The position numbers and the translations under genes are program-made. Below are positions 12,133 to 26,167 of a stretch of DNA of 64,000 bases, one piece after another. This stretch comes from Mobula hypostoma. Its lineage: Eukaryota. The stretch is taken from positions 225,496,001 to 225,560,000 of the forward strand of contig NC_086097.1 of NCBI RefSeq assembly GCF_963921235.1, read 5' to 3'. The stretch's first letter is position 1, and every line of letters starts with the position of its first letter. The notes below the pieces were generated by a model. That model made no database searches. It saw nothing but the letters and a program-made list of their open reading frames with translations, and was not told where the DNA came from.

Positions 12133-14785
12133 TGGGAGCTGAATGTCCAAGGTTACACTTGTATCAGAGGGATAAGAAGGTAGGCAAAGGAGGTGGCGTG
12201 GTTCTGCCGGTAAAGAATGGCATCAAATACGTAGGAAGATGTGACGTAGTATCAGAAGATCTTGAATCCTTGTGGGTTGAGTTAAGAAACTGCAAAGGTA
12301 AAAGAACCCTGATGGCAGTTATATACAGGCCTCCCAACAGTAGCTGGTATGTGGACCACAAATTACAACAGGAAATGTTGTGTCAAAACAGAAAGGGCGT
12401 GTCAAAAGGGCAACATTATGATACTCATGGGAGATTTTAACATGCAGGTCAATTGGGGAAAATCAGGTTGGTAATGGATCTCGAGAGTGAGTTCGTTGAA
12501 TGCCTACGAGATGGCTTTTTAGAGCAGTTTGTTAACCCTACTAGGGAATCAGCTATACTGGATTGGGTGCTATGTAATGAACCAGAGGCAATTAGGGAGC
12601 TTATGGTAAAAGAGCCCTTAGGAGCCAGAAATCATAATATGATTGAGTTTGGTTTGAAATTTGATATGGAGAAGGTAAAGTCTGATGCAGCAGTATTTCA
12701 GTGGAGTGAAGGAAATTACAGTGGTGAGAGAGGACTTGGCCAAAGTAAATTGGAAGGAGCTGCTGGCAGGGATGTCAGAGCAGCAATGCATGAGTATCTG
12801 GGGAAAAATGAGGAAGGTGCAGGACAGATGTATTCCAAAAAGAAAGCAATACTCCAATAGCAAAAATAGTACAACCGTGGCTAACAAGGGAAGTCAAAAC
12901 TATTGTAAAAACAAAAGAGCATACAACAAAGCAAAAATTAGTGAGAAAATAGAGGATTGGGAAGTAAAAACCCACAGAGCAACTAAAAGAATCATTAGAA
13001 GGGAAATGATGAAATATGAAAGCAAGCTAGCAAATAATATCAAAGTGGAAAGTAAAAGCTTTTTCAAGTATCTTTAAAAATAAGAGACGAGAGTGGATAT
13101 AGAATCACTAGAAAATGAGGCCAGAGAAATAATGATGGGGGACAAGGAGATGGCTGATGAACTAAATTAATACTTTCCATCAGTCTTTGTGGAAGACACT
13201 GGCAGTGTGCCAGATGTTGTAGTGTGTGAAGGAAGAGAAGTGAGTGCAGTTACTATTGTAAGGGAGAAGGTGCTCAAAACACTGAAAGACCTAAGGATAT
13301 ACAAGTCACCTGTACCAGATGAACTGCACCCTAGGGTTCTGAAGGAGGTAGTGGTAGAGACTGTGGTGGCATTAGCAATGATCTTTCAAAAATCGTTGGA
13401 CTATGGCACAGGATTGGAAAATTGGAAATGTCACTCCACCCTTTAAGAAAGGAGGAAGGCAGCAGAAAGGAAATTACAGACCAGTTAGCTTGACCTCAGT
13501 GGTTGGGAAGATGTTGGAGTCAATTACTAAGGATGAGGTGATGGAGTACTTGGTGACACAGGACAAGATAGGACAAAGTCAGCATGTATTCCTGAAGGGA
13601 AAATCCTGCCTGATAAGCCTGTTGGAATTCTTTGAGAAGATTACAAGTGGAATAGATAAAGGGGATTCAGCAGGACTTTGACAAGATGCCACACTTGAGG
13701 CTGCTTGCCAAGATAGGAGCCCATGGTATTAGAGGGCAGTTACTAACATGGTTAGAGTATTAACTGACTGGTAGGAGGCAGTGAGTGGGAACAAAAGGAA
13801 CCTTGTCTGTTTGGCTGCCAGTGGCTAGTGGTGTTCTATAGGTGTCAGTGTTGGGACCACTTTTTATGCTGTATACAAGTGATTTTAATTATGGAATTGT
13901 TGCCAAATTGCAGATAACAATAAGACAGGTGGAGCAGCAGGTGGTGTTGAGGAAACAGGTAGGATGAGGAAGGACTTAGACTGATTAGGAGAATGCCACT
14001 TTCTTGCCCAAATAAAATACAATGTTGGAAAATGCATGGTCATGCCCTTTGTTAGTAGAAATAAATGTGCAGAATATTTTCTATATGGAATCTGAGATGC
14101 AGGGGGGCTTGGGAGTCATTGTACAGAACATCCTACAGGTTAACTTGCAAGTTGAGTTGGTGGTGAGGAAGGCAAATACAAATTTAGCATTAATTTCAAG
14201 AGGTCTTGAATACAAAAGCAAGGATGTGATGCTGAGTCTTTATAAAGCACTGCTGAGGTTGTTCATCTTGAGTATTGTGAACAGTTTTGGGCTCCTCATC
14301 TATGAAAAGATGTGCTGGCATTGGAGAAGGTTCACAAGGATAATTCTGGGAATGAAAGTATTATCATACGAGGATCATTTGATAGCTGTGGGTTTGTACT
14401 CACTGGAATTTAGAAGGATGGGGGGGGAGGGGATCTAATCGAAACCTTAAGTGTTGAAAGCCCTCGACAGAGTAGATGTGGAAAGAGTCTAGGACAAGAG
14501 GACACAGCCTCAGGATAGAGGTGAGTCCATTTAAAACAGATACGGAGAAATTTCTTTCACCAGAGGGTGGTGAATTTGTGGAATTTGCTACCACCAACAG
14601 CTGTGGAGGCCAGGTCATTGGATGTACTTAGGGCAGAGATTAATAACTTCTTGATTGGACAGCATCAAAGATTACGTGGAAAGACAGGGAAATTGGGTTG
14701 AGGTGTGGGGGGAAAAAAAGGATCAGCCATGATTGAATGGCAGAGCAGACTCGATGGGCCAAATGGACTATGTCTTTTGGTCTTG
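12133..14785 (+). mobile_element. Degenerate CR1 ORF2 (EN, RT, 3' tail)
   Basis: KGGGVVL, YRPPNS, ILDWVLCN, NYRPVSLTSVVGKMLE, KSCLISLLEFFE; many stops and frameshifts. Confidence 0.9.
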
Positions 14786-14920
14786 AGGATTAGTGTTTAG
14801 GTGTTTGAGATTTACTTTTAGCAGGTTCAGCACAATATTGTGGGCTGAATGACCAATTCATGTGCTCTACTCTATGTTCTACATGAATGTAGAACTTTTG
14901 ATAATAATCAGTATATATAG

Positions 14921-15544
14921 GGGAGGAGGAGATGGCAGCACAACGCAGCACGTGCAGCTGCTCCGGAATGATATCGGTATTTGTTAAGTAGGTACCGTAC
15001 ACAATCCTGATTTGATGGAGACAGACGTGAGAAGCACAGAGGAACATCTGGAGAAACTTCTGAAATGCCCGCTTCGCTGCCACTGCTACTGTGTGATCGA
15101 GAATCTCCGGAGGGGAAGGCCCCAAATCCTCAGCTTTACCTATTGCTTGGCAGCCGGCGTCGAGGTTGGTGCTCAGTGTCAGAGGCTCGAAGTTTTCGGA
15201 CAGACTCAAGAGTCCACTGTGGTTGGATGCTTCCAGGGTGCTGCATCGGCAAGTTTGCAGCACTGGAGGTTCATGGCAGGGAGAGTTTTTCTTCTACCGT
15301 CTGCGTGAGATGATGGGACTTCTGAGAGACTTTGAGACTTGTTTTAAAACTGTGCACATGGTCTGTTCTTTATCAAATTATGGCATTGCTTTGCACTGTT
15401 GTAACTGTTATAATTACGTGTTTATTTTTCAGTCTTGGTTTTTTTTCTGTGATATCATTCTGGAGGAACATTGTATCATTTCTTAATGCATGCATTATTA
15501 AATGATAATAAGAGGACTGCGTGTCCTCAATCTAATTTAATCTA
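14921..15544 (+). mobile_element. Non-autonomous LINE-derived (SINE-like) element of ~620 bp
   Basis: Starts GGAGGAGATGGCAGC, ends in an (aatct)n-like tail and is flanked by tatata. Its 3' half recurs at 43368-43652. Confidence 0.65.
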
Positions 15545-15599
15545 TATATTACTTCAATTGTGGAAATCAAACTACTTCCTCTTTAATTTGTTCACTTTT

Positions 15600-16210
15600 G
15601 AGATCTAGGTATCACAAACAAGGCCAGCAGGACAGTTGGAATGCAAATCCTGGATGATATCGTGTAGTACTGCAGCTGGAACTCATCTAGCAATTGGAAA
15701 GTATTTCATCACACTTCTGACTTTACTCTTACAGATATTGCAAGGCAAGTTATTCACCAAACAAATTCCAGACTCTGGCTGTTTTTGTAGCACAATATTT
15801 ATTTGGGTGGTCCAGCTGAGTTTCTGGTCAGTGGACGCCCACAAGATGCTGCTGTGATTTGATGGTGACAAATACCATCTACCCAAGGTTCGTGGCTGGA
15901 TGGACACTCTCAAATTGGGGATGACCATTACCTGGCAATTTTGTGATACCACCGTTACTTGCTATTTATCAGAAACAGGTCTGAGAATTATCTAGGTTTT
16001 ATGGTATGCAGGCTTGGATTGTTTTATCTGCTGAGAAATTGTGAATGAAATTCAAACATGACGCACCCATTCCCACTTAAGGACTTATGATGAAAAGAAG
16101 GTAACTTGTGAAGCACTGGACTATACTTTGGCCTTGGACAGTCTCTTGAATGGCTCCAGCAGTGATGTCCTGAGATTGGAATTATTGACTTGAAAGCCAC
16201 AATCATCTTC
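15600..16210 (-). mobile_element. Old CR1-group LINE RT/C-terminal remnant
   Basis: DQKLSWTTQIN and KSKVRSVMKYFPIA in ORF 15683-15952. Confidence 0.6.
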
Positions 16211-16211
16211 C

Positions 16212-16403
16212 AGGCAACATACAAAATGCTGGAGGAATTCAGCCAGCCAGGCAGCATCTATAGAAAAGAGTAAACAGTTGATATTTTGGACCAAAACCCT
16301 TCATCAGGACTGGAAAAAGATGAGGTCAGATTAAAAAGATGGGGGTGTAGAGGAAGTAGTACAAGGTAACAGGTGATAAGTGAAACTGGGTGAGGGGGAG
16401 AGG
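16212..16403 (-). mobile_element. Penelope-like terminal-repeat fragment with a decayed hammerhead motif (16275-16312)
   Basis: Minus strand reads CAGTC CTGATGA AGGGTTTTGGTCC AAAAT ATC AACTG, a CpG-decayed form of the family motif. Confidence 0.75.
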
Positions 16404-16409
16404 CATGAT

Positions 16410-16960
16410 CCAGTATCTCCTCCATCAGCCAGTTCTCCACAAAGCACAAAACATTGCATTCCTTTGTTTCCCACTGATAGGAGATTCTGGCTCTCAGTTC
16501 AAAGCTTGTTATAAAGGGACTGAAGGTTAGCCAGGAGTATGCTAGGGAGCAGCGGTCGATTTGTACACCATCTCAGCCTCGCCCCGGCGCTTCTTCCAAG
16601 GTAATGGCGGTGTCTCCCATGGAACACACAAGTGTAGGAAAGACAGCATAGTGGGTAAATGCCATCTTTCCGATGTACAGAAGGGTCAGTCTATTGTATC
16701 TGATGTGACCATCAGCTAATTGAACAGAAAATGCCTTGGTAGAAATTAGTACACTGTAGATTTGGAACGGAGCTTGCAACACGGCCGGCATACGCGGCGC
16801 CATTTTGAAAAGAATTGCAGAGGAAGGCGTTGACTCCAGGGTCCAGAGTTTAGTGATGAGTTTGCTTGGAATTGTAGTATTGAAGGCAACGCTGTAGCCA
16901 ATAGACAATGGTCAGATGTAGGTGGCTTTACTGTTCAGATGCTCCAGAGTTGGTTGTAAT
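16410..16960 (-). mobile_element. Rex1/Babar-like LINE pieces (5' end and RT fragment)
   Basis: 5' motif AAAATGGCGCCG, CFVENWL, and YSVAFNTTIPSKLITKL. Confidence 0.6.
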
Positions 16961-18204
16961 ATAGTTTCCTTAACAACACATGTAATATCACTTAACCTCT
17001 CCAAGCTAAGACACCAATCCACAGATGTTGTGGAGAATTCGTGAAAGTTGGCTGGGCTGTGAACAACTTTGTCATGTCCAATTTTGATGCCTAGGTTAAT
17101 TCCAGGTGTTCTTTCAAGACTTTTAGTTCCCCCTTTGAATGTACAGAACAGTTGTCAACTCAGTTGCTTGCAATATCATTTCAGAGGGCATTTATGAGTT
17201 AACTACATGGATAGGGTGGGTCTGTGTCTGAGGAAGGATATAGATATCCCCACCTAAATGATATTACCATATTTATAATTACCATAATTTAAGTCCAATT
17301 ACTATTCCAATACATTATGTGAATTTAAATTCTGTTGTATTTTTTTTAATCTTTGAACTGTTAATATAGGTCCCAGGATTATTAGTGCTATAAATAATGT
17401 TACAGTTACCAGACTAAGTGCTGTAAATGAGACAATTTATCCAATGTTTGATTCTACTTTGGAAAAACTAACCTTGAGAGTTATTTACCAATACTTAATA
17501 AGTTGCAAAATTTCTTTTCCTGAACATCTTTGTGCAAAACCAATGGCCACTGGGATTGCTTAAAATCTTTATACTGGGGAAATCGTATAAACTTGCCATT
17601 CAAATCTTGTCTAAAAACCTTGTTTATTCTTTCGATATAGACAAGGCAAATACCACAATGTGATGAGTTAGGAACATAATTGTGGTTTGGTTCTTGAAAG
17701 CAGGAATGGAAAGTCTACAATTAGGATTCACATCTCATTAGTATAGCTGACTGGCATTGAAGTGATGGGAACCATTCAAATTATTCCAAAGTAAAGGATC
17801 TTCAAAACCAACCTCAAAGATTATTCAAACGTAATTAAGGCCACTAGTAAATCTTTGTATTCAATTTAACTTGACAGGATGACCTAATCTTTACTTTTAA
17901 CCGCACTATAAATTCAAGCAAGGACACAGGGTACTTTAAAGGGTCCATACTTCCCATGTTTTACAAACAATTTTCTCACTTCCAAAAAAAATTGTGCATT
18001 CTGTTGAAGAATTCCAATAATATGTGCCCTTAATAAACTCAGCTTTGAAGCTTAGTTAAATTCATTATATTAAGTGCAAAATGATCTAGTGCAAAACAAC
18101 CACAGATACTCGACACAAAACCACAAGGTTTATTAGAAGAGGTCCAAACCCTTTATCAAAAGGTAAAGTTTAAATTGTATAGGAGGCAAGCAGAGAAGCA
18201 AGGA

Positions 18205-18320
18205 ACGAATTCAGTGATGGTGACAACATCATACCCGACAATCTGTGCAAGATCATCCACCTTATTTCTTATACTCCATGCAATGAGATACAACACATTG
18301 AGTGCTGTATCTCTCACACA

Positions 18321-18353
<33 letters not shown>

Positions 18354-18735
18354 CCCTTTACTCTGGTTCCCAAACCCGTGCCAAATTAGTTTAAACCCTC
18401 CCCAACACCTCTAACAAACCTGCCAGCAAGAATACTGGTCCCCTTGGATTCAGGTGCAACCCATCCCATTTGTACAGGTCATCACTCCCCAGAACAAGAT
18501 CCCAATGATCGAAGAACCTGAAACCCTGAGCCCTGCACCAGCTTTTCAGCCAGAAATTTATCTGCCAAATCATCCTGTTTCTACCCGCACTAGCACATTG
18601 CACAGGTAGCAATAAAGAAATTACTATCCTGGAGGTCTTGCTTCACAGCTTTCTGCCAAGCTCTCTAAATTCTCTCTTCTGGAACTCATTGCTTTTTCTT
18701 CCTATGTCACCGGTACCAATATGTACCAAGACATT
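18205..18735 (-). mobile_element. CR1 ORF1 esterase end and ORF2 start, with a (CA)n at ~18315-18350
   Basis: [18 protein letters not shown]...DGLHLN; VLYLIAWSIRNKVDDL. Confidence 0.85.
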
Positions 18736-18738
18736 GCT

Positions 18739-21300
18739 ACTTAGAAACATAGAAAATAGGTGCAGGAGTAGGCCATTCAGCCCTTCGTATCTAACAAGCC
18801 TGATAGAGTTCTTTGAGGAGGTGACCAGGCATATAGATGAGGGTAGTGCAGTGGATGTGATCTATATGGATTTCAGTAAGGCATTTAACAAGATTCCACA
18901 CTGTAGGCTTATTCAGAAAGTTAGAAGGCATGGGATCCAGGGAAATTTGGCCAGGTGGATTCAGAATTGGCTTGCCTGCAGAAGGCAGAGGGTGGTGGTG
19001 GAGGGAGTACATTCAGATTGGAGGATTGTGACTACTGGTGTCCCACAAGGATCTGTTCTGGGACCTCTACTTTTCATGATTTTTATTAACGACCTGGATG
19101 TGGGGGTAGAAGGGTGGGTTGGCAAGTTTGCAGACAACACAAAGGTTGGTGTGTTGTAGATAGTGTAGAGGATTGTCAAAGATGGCAGAGAGACATTGAT
19201 AGGATGCAGGAGTGGGCTGAGAAGTGGCAGATGGAGTTCAACCCGGAGAAGTGTGAGGTGGTACACTTTGGAAGGACAAACTCCAAGGCAGAGTACAAAG
19301 TAAATGGCAGGATACTTGGTAGTGTGGAGGAGCAGAGGGATCTGGGGGTACATGTCCACAGATCCCTGAAAGTTGCCTCACAGGTGGATAGGGTAGTTAA
19401 GAAAGCTTATGGGGTGTTACCTTTCATAAGTCGAGGGATAGAGTTTAAGAGTCGCAATGTAATGATGCAGCTCTATAAAACTCTGGTTAGGCCGCACTTG
19501 AAGTACTGTGTCCAGTTCTGGTCACCTCACTATAGGAAGGACGTGGAAGCATTGGAAAGGGTACAGAGGAGATTTACCAGAATGCTGCCTGCTTTAGAAA
19601 GTATGGTATGCATTATCATCAGAGATTAAGGGAGCTAGGGCTTTACTCTTTGGAGAGAAGGAGGATGAGAAGAGACATGAGAGGTGTACAAGATAATAAG
19701 AGGAATAGATAGAGTGGATAGCCAGCACCTCTTCCCCAGGACACCACTACTCAATACAAGAGGACATGGCTTTAAGCTAAGGGGTGGGAAGTTCAGGGGG
19801 GATATTAGAGGAAGGTTTTTTTTTAAACTCAGAGTGGTTGGTTCATGGAATGCACTGCCCGATTCAGTGGTGGAGGCAGATACACTAGTGAAGTTTAAGA
19901 GACTACTAGACAGGTATATGGAGGAATCTAAGGTGAGGGCTTATATGGGAGGCAGGATTTGAGGCTCGGCACAACATTGTGAGCCGAAGGGCCTGTACTG
20001 TGCTGTACTATTCTATGTTGTATGTTTGAGCCTGCACAACCATTCAGTATGAACATGGCTGATCATCCACCTCAGAACCCTGTACCTGCCTTCCCCCCAT
20101 ATCCCCTGATCCCTTTAGCCACAAGGGCCATATCTAACTCCCTCTTAAATATAGCCAATGAACTGGCCTCAACTGTTTCCTGTGGCAGAGAATTCCACAG
20201 ATTCACCACTCTCTGAAGAAGTTTTTCCTAATCTCGGTCCTAAAAGGCTTCTCCTTTATCATCAAACTGTGACCCTTCATTCTAGACTTCCCCAACATCG
20301 GGAACAATCTTCCTGCATATAGCCTGTCCAATCCCTTTAGGATTTTATGTGTTTCAATACGATCCCCCTTCAATCTTCTAAATTCCAATGAGTACAAGCC
20401 TAGTCGATCCAGTCTTTCATCATATGAAAGTCCTGCCATCCCAGGAATCAATCTGGTGAATCTTCTTTATACTCCCTCTATGGCAAGGATGCCTTTCCTC
20501 AGATTAGGGGACCAAAACTGCACACAATTCTCCAGGTGTGGTCTCACCAAGGCCTTGTACAACTACAGTAGTACCTCCCTGCTCCTGTACTCGAATCCTC
20601 TTGCTATGAATGCCAGCATACCATTCGCCTTTTCACCGCCTGCTGTACCTGCATGCCCACTTTCAATGACTGGTGTATAATGACACCCAGGTCTCATTGC
20701 ACCTCCCCTTTTCCTAATCGGCCACCATTCAGATAATAATCTGTTTTCCTGTTTTTGGCACCAAGTGGATAACCTCACATTTATCCACATTAAATTGCAT
20801 CTGCCATGAATTTGCCCACTCACCTAACCTATCCAAGAAACCCTGCATCCTCTTAGCATCCTCCTCACAGCTAACACTGCCGCCCAGCTTCGTGTCATCC
20901 GCAAACTTGGAGATGCTGCATTTAATTCCCTCATCTAAGTCATTAATATCTATTGTAAACAACTGGGGTCCCAGCACTGAGCCTTGCGGTACCCCACTAG
21001 TCACCGCCTGCCATTCTGAAAAGGTCCCATTTATTCCCACTCTTTTCTTCCTGTCTGCCAACCAATTCTCTATCCACATCAATGCCTTACCCCCAATACC
21101 ATGTGCTTTAAGTTTGCACACTAATCTCCTGTGTGGGATCCTGTCAAAAGGCTTTTGAAAATCCAAATATACCACATCCACTGGTTCTCCCCTATCCACT
21201 CTACTAGTTACATCCTCAAAAAATTCTATGAGATTCGTCAAATATGATTTTCCTTTCACAAATCCATGCTGACTTTGTCTGATGATTTCACTGCTTTCCA
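18739..21300 (-). mobile_element. 5'-truncated CR1 (RT to tail), split into 18739-18787 and 20027-21300
   Basis: [39 protein letters not shown]; tail tagaaacatagaaa. Confidence 0.92.
18788..20026 (+). mobile_element. Relatively young 5'-truncated CR1 inserted into the tail of an oppositely oriented CR1
   Basis: RT motifs [30 protein letters not shown] and an (attctatg)-type tail. The host tail is continuous across 18787/20027. Confidence 0.93.
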
Positions 21301-21354
21301 AATTATAACTGTTGTTCCTTTATTGCACACATATTCAGATGCATTTAGCCAACC

Positions 21355-21778
21355 CCAGACATTTGATACATCCTTTAAATTTGAAGAAACCTGGCGACCT
21401 TTTATTCAATATTTTCCACATGGTTTGATTTATTGCTCTTCCAGTTACTTTCTTGAAACTTTGGATTTAGTCAGAAAGTTTTTTTCTCTTGCTTTTACTC
21501 TCAGTATGGGCTGCCCAGTACCTTTTTACATCTTTTTGTTTATAGAGAATAGTGTTTTTTATATATCTATATATAATTATAAGTTTCTTTATCTTTTTAC
21601 AAAATGAGAATTGATCATCTTATTTTATTATATACTATTAGATTAATACTATGTATGATTTTGATAATGTTCATTTTACCTTTTATATGTCTTGTTATCA
21701 ATATAGATATTGAGATAATTCTCCTGTTTGTGTATATGTACTTCTTTAAAAAAAATAAAAAGATTGATAAAGAAAGAG
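21355..21778 (+). mobile_element. L1 3' end (last ORF2 codons, 3'UTR, A-rich tail)
   Basis: FKFEETWRPFIQYF, then a T-rich UTR and AATAAAAAGATTGATAAAGAAAG. Confidence 0.7.
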
Positions 21779-21794
21779 TAAATAGTTGACATTT

Positions 21795-23250
21795 CATAGA
21801 AACATAGAAAACCTACAGCACAATAGAGGCCCTTTGGCCCACAATGCTGTGCTGAACAAGTTCCTACTTTAGAATTTACCTGGGGTTACCCATAACCCAT
21901 TGCCATCAGCCCATTCCATGCAGTCACCACTCTCTGCATTAAAAAAACATACCCCTGACATTTCCAAGCACCTCATAACTGTGCCCTCTCGTGTTAGTCA
22001 TTTCAGCCCTGGGAGAAAAGCCTCTGACAATCCACACGATCAATGCTTCTCATCATCTAATACACTCTATTAGGTCACCTCTTCTCTGCTGCTCCAAGGA
22101 TCAAAGGCGAAATTCACTCAACCTATTCTCATAAGGTATGCTCCCCAATCCAGCCAATATCCTTGTAAATCTCCTCTGCACCCTTTCTATGGTTTCCACA
22201 TGCTTCCTGTAGCGAGGTGACCAGAACAGAGTACAGTACTCCAAGTGGGGTCTGACCAGGGTCCTATATACTTCTCGGCTCTTAAACTCACTCCTACGTT
22301 GATGAAGGCCAATGCACCGTATGTCTTCTTAACCACAGAATCAACCTACGCAGCAGCTTTGAGTGTCCTATGGACTCGGACCCCAAGATCCCTCTGATCT
22401 TCTACACTGCCAAGAGTCTTACCATTAATACTATATTCTGCCATCATATGACCTACCAAAATGAACCACCTCACACTTATCTGGGTTGAACTCCATCTAC
22501 CACTTCTCAACCCAGTTTTGCATCCTATCAATGTCCCACTGTAACCTCTGACAGCCCTCCACACTATCCACAACACACTCAACCTTTGTGTCATCAGCAA
22601 ATTTACTAACCCATTCCTTCACTTCCTCATCCAGGTCATTTATAAAAATCACAAAGAGAAGGGGTCCCAGAACAGATCCCTGAGGCACACCACTGGTCAC
22701 CGACCTCCAAGCAGAATATAATCCGTCTACATCCACTCTTTGCCTTCTGTGGGCAAGCCAGTTCTGGATTCACAAAGCAAGGTCTCCTTGGATCCCATAC
22801 CTCCTTACTTTCTCAACAAGCCTTGCATAGGGCACCTTATCAAATGCCTTGCTGAAATCCATATACACTACATTTACTGGTCTACTTCATTAACGTGTTT
22901 TGTCACATCCTCAAAAAATTCAGATAGTCTCATAAGGCATGACTTGCCTTTAACAAAGCCATGCTGACTATTCCTATTCATATTATGCCTCTCCAAATGT
23001 TCATAAATCTTGCCCCTCCCCCCGGATCTTCTCCATCAACTTACCAACCACTGAAAAAAGACTTACTGGTCTATAATTTCCTGGGCTTTCTCTACTCCCT
23101 TCTTGAAAGAGAGAACAACATCCACAACACTCTAATCCTCTGGAGATCAAAGATCATTGCCCAAGGCTCAGCAATCTCCTCCCTCGCCTCCCACAGTAGC
23201 CTAGGGTACATCTCATCTGGTCCCAGAGACTTATCCAACCTGATGCTTTC
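21795..23250 (-). mobile_element. CR1 RT-to-tail fragment with internal deletions
   Basis: [29 protein letters not shown]; tail catagaaacatagaaa. Confidence 0.9.
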
Positions 23251-23404
23251 CTTTTTGGCTGTTTCAGGCCGGAACAGCTCATCGGGACTGGAAAATAATG
23301 AGAAGTTAGAGTAAGAAGATGGGGTGGGGGGAGGCAGAGAGATAGGGGAGGAAGATCGTATGTGTATCCCTTCATGTTACAATTGGATTTAGTTCAGAGG
23401 AAAA

Positions 23405-24440
23405 TTTAGCTGAGCATTGGCAGATAGAATTCAATCCTGATAACTGCATGATTGTGCATTCTGGGAAAACAAATAGTGGTAGAATATCCATAAAAATGAT
23501 AGGATGCTCATGAAAAATGATGAATAGAGGGATCTAAGGGTTCATCCATTGCTCTGAAAGTTTCACTCAAGTGGGTGAAGTAAGCACATGTCATGCTTAC
23601 CTTCATAGGTTGGAACATAGAATAAGCATTAGGATGCTATTTGCAACTTCACAAATCTCTGCTTAAACTGTATTGGAGTATTGCATGCAGTTCCAGCTGC
23701 CTCGTTGTAGGAGCAGTGTGGTTGCACTGGAGACAGTGCAAAGAAACTTCAAAAGAACAGTGCCTGGATTGAAGGACTTTAGCTATGGGGAGTGACTGGC
23801 TTGACCGGACTTGTTTACCCTGGAGTGAAAGAGGCTGAGGGGTGACCTAGTAAGGGGCATTTAAGAATTTTAAGAGGCATAAATGGGATTGATAGAATAT
23901 TTTTCCTCTGGGTGAAGTATCAAAAGAAAGGTATTGATTTAAAGTCAATCCAAGGGATTTTAAAGAGGATCAGAGAAGAAAAGTTGATACTTAGAAGTTG
24001 TTGCCAGAGGAGGTGATAGGAGCAGATGGAATAACCATATTTAAAAGCAATTTAACCTTACTTAAAGCCCATCACCCGTGCTGGGGCATAGGCTGCTGAC
24101 AGCAGCTCAGAGTCTTCGATCCTGGGCCAGTCTTCCAAGTTATCCCCAGGTGAAGCCCATCTTCTTTGTGTATCCTTCCTCTCCTAGGGATGAGGTCTTA
24201 GGAGCTTCAGGTGGCATTTCTGTAGCACTGGGTTTTTAAAATGGGATGGGCTTGCTAGCCCCATGCACAGCCTTCTTCCTTTCATAGCCAGGCTTGGGAC
24301 CATCCACGATGAAAAGAGGAACTGAAACAAGCACTTAAATAAGGCATAGAAGGGTAGAGTCATAATGTGGGCTACTAGGATTAGTAAAATTCAATAAGGT
24401 TGATATGTACACTATGGGCCAAAGGGCCTGTTTCTATGAT
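23405..24440 (+). mobile_element. Old CR1 3' fragment with an unrelated ~260-bp insertion (~24057-24315)
   Basis: Degenerate WQIEFNPDNC, LEYCMQF and LRGDL motifs; tail atgggccaaagggcctgtttct. Confidence 0.7.
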
Positions 24441-24730
24441 GACCAGGTAACTCTCAACAGAAGTTTTCTTATTTTTGATGAGCGGAACTGTCAGTTTCTC
24501 TCTCATACGAATTAGAGACATGTCAAAAGTTATGAAACTGGCTGTAAAGTTATTCAAGAGCTTTACAGTGATTTACACCCAGAGTAATGTACTGAAGTGG
24601 AAATCCCGACGGGCTGCAGATCTTCATCATGGCTGCTATTTGTTTGTCAAGATTTATACAGGGACGGCCCCCCAGGTTGTACAGATCCCCACCCAAGGCT
24701 GCCCTGGACCAAATCCATAGAAGCTGCCAA

Positions 24731-24853
24731 GGGGATGGCATGGTACTGTAGTGGTTAGAGTAACACTATTAGAATGCCAGCGACCTGGGTTCAATTCCCA
24801 TTGCTGTCTGTAAGGAGTTTGTACACTTTCCCTGTGACCGCGGGCATTTCTGC
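24731..24853 (+). mobile_element. tRNA-derived SINE head
   Basis: Box A-like tgtagtggttag and box B gggttcaattccc, followed by the family body ctgtaaggagtttgtac. Confidence 0.75.
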
Positions 24854-24859
24854 ATTTTT

Positions 24860-26167
24860 AAAACTTTTATTTAGAGATACAATGTGGAATAGGCCCTTCC
24901 ATCCTTCATGCCCTGCTGTCAGCATCCCACCAGTTTAACCTGAACCTAATTATGGGACAATTTACAATGATCAACTAACCTGTACATCTTCAGACTGTGG
25001 GAGGAAACAGGAACACCCAGAGGAAAACTACACATTCAAGGGGAGGACATACAAACTCTCTACAGATGCGTCAGAATTGAACTCCAAACTCCTGTACTCT
25101 AATAGTGTTGCAAACAAGGGAAAATCTGCAGCACACAAAAGGTGCTGGAGGAACTCAGCAGGCAGGGCAGCATCTACGGAAAAGAATACAGTCGATGATT
25201 CCGGCCACGACCCTTCATCAGGACTGGAGAAAAGCAATGAGGAGTCAGAGTTAGAAGGTGGAGGAAGGAGAGGAAGGAACACAAGGTGACCGCTGAAACT
25301 GGGAGGTGGGACGGGTGAAGTAAAGAGCTGCAAAGTTGATTGTTGAAAGAGATACAGGGCTGGAGAAGGGGGAAACTTATACAGAAGGCCATGGAAGAAA
25401 TAAAGGGGGAGCAGAGGGAGGTGATGGGCAGGTAAGGATATTAGATGAGAGAACAAAATGGGAATGGGGAATGGTGAAGGGAAGTGGCAGGGGTGGGGTG
25501 GACGGCATTACCAGAGGTCTGAGAAATCGATGTTCATATTCAAGGGGCAAGTATGAGGTGGTGTCTGACCATTATTTCCAGCCTCAGTAAGGGAGAGATC
25601 AACCCACCAGACTACTACAGCATCCCACCTATCTGCAGAGTTGATGGTGAGTTTAAGATTAGTGTGGGGAGAGCAGAGAGCACTGCACTCGGAAGGAGTG
25701 AGATTGGAATTGGAGAGAGGAGTGAAGTTGAGACAGTTGATGTCAGCTGTTAGCAATGAAAAGATCCAGAGCAGGCAGAAAACCCAGAGTGGGGTGTTCA
25801 GGAAGAGGAGGAGGGCTGAAAATGGGAGAAGGGATCATTGGGGTGGGTGGAGAGCCCTTGTCAGAAAAGAACGCATAGAGACAAACGCAGCAGAAGGAGA
25901 TATCAGCATCTTGACAGGAGCAGAATTCACTGAGGTGTGGGTGCAGGCGAACAAAGGTGAAGCCCTTACTGAGGACAGAACGTTCTACCTCAGGAAGGGG
26001 GAGGTCAGAGAGGATGGTAAAGACCGGCATGAATGAAAGCTGGGATGGTGGGGGGGGGGGGTGTGGAGGGTTGGTATGTTCATAGAAAATAGAGAGAGAG
26101 GAAGATGGAGTCTTCGAGGACCCAAGAGCCAAGTGTTGTGTTAGCTGTTGTGCTAGCATGGCACCCT
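24860..26167 (-). mobile_element. tRNA-derived SINE (24860-25110 plus 26132-26167) split by a Penelope-like insertion
   Basis: Reverse complement of the same SINE body. AGTGTTG is duplicated at 25104-25110 and 26132-26138. Confidence 0.7.
25111..26131 (-). mobile_element. Penelope-like element (PLE), internally deleted: ORF N-terminal remnant plus terminal repeat with hammerhead motif
   Basis: VFTILSDLPLPEVERSVLSKGFTF and SNLTPSECSALCS...INSADRWDAVVVW (degenerate PLE KPADKG..VV motif); 7-bp TSD; hammerhead motif at 25189-25226. Confidence 0.85.
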
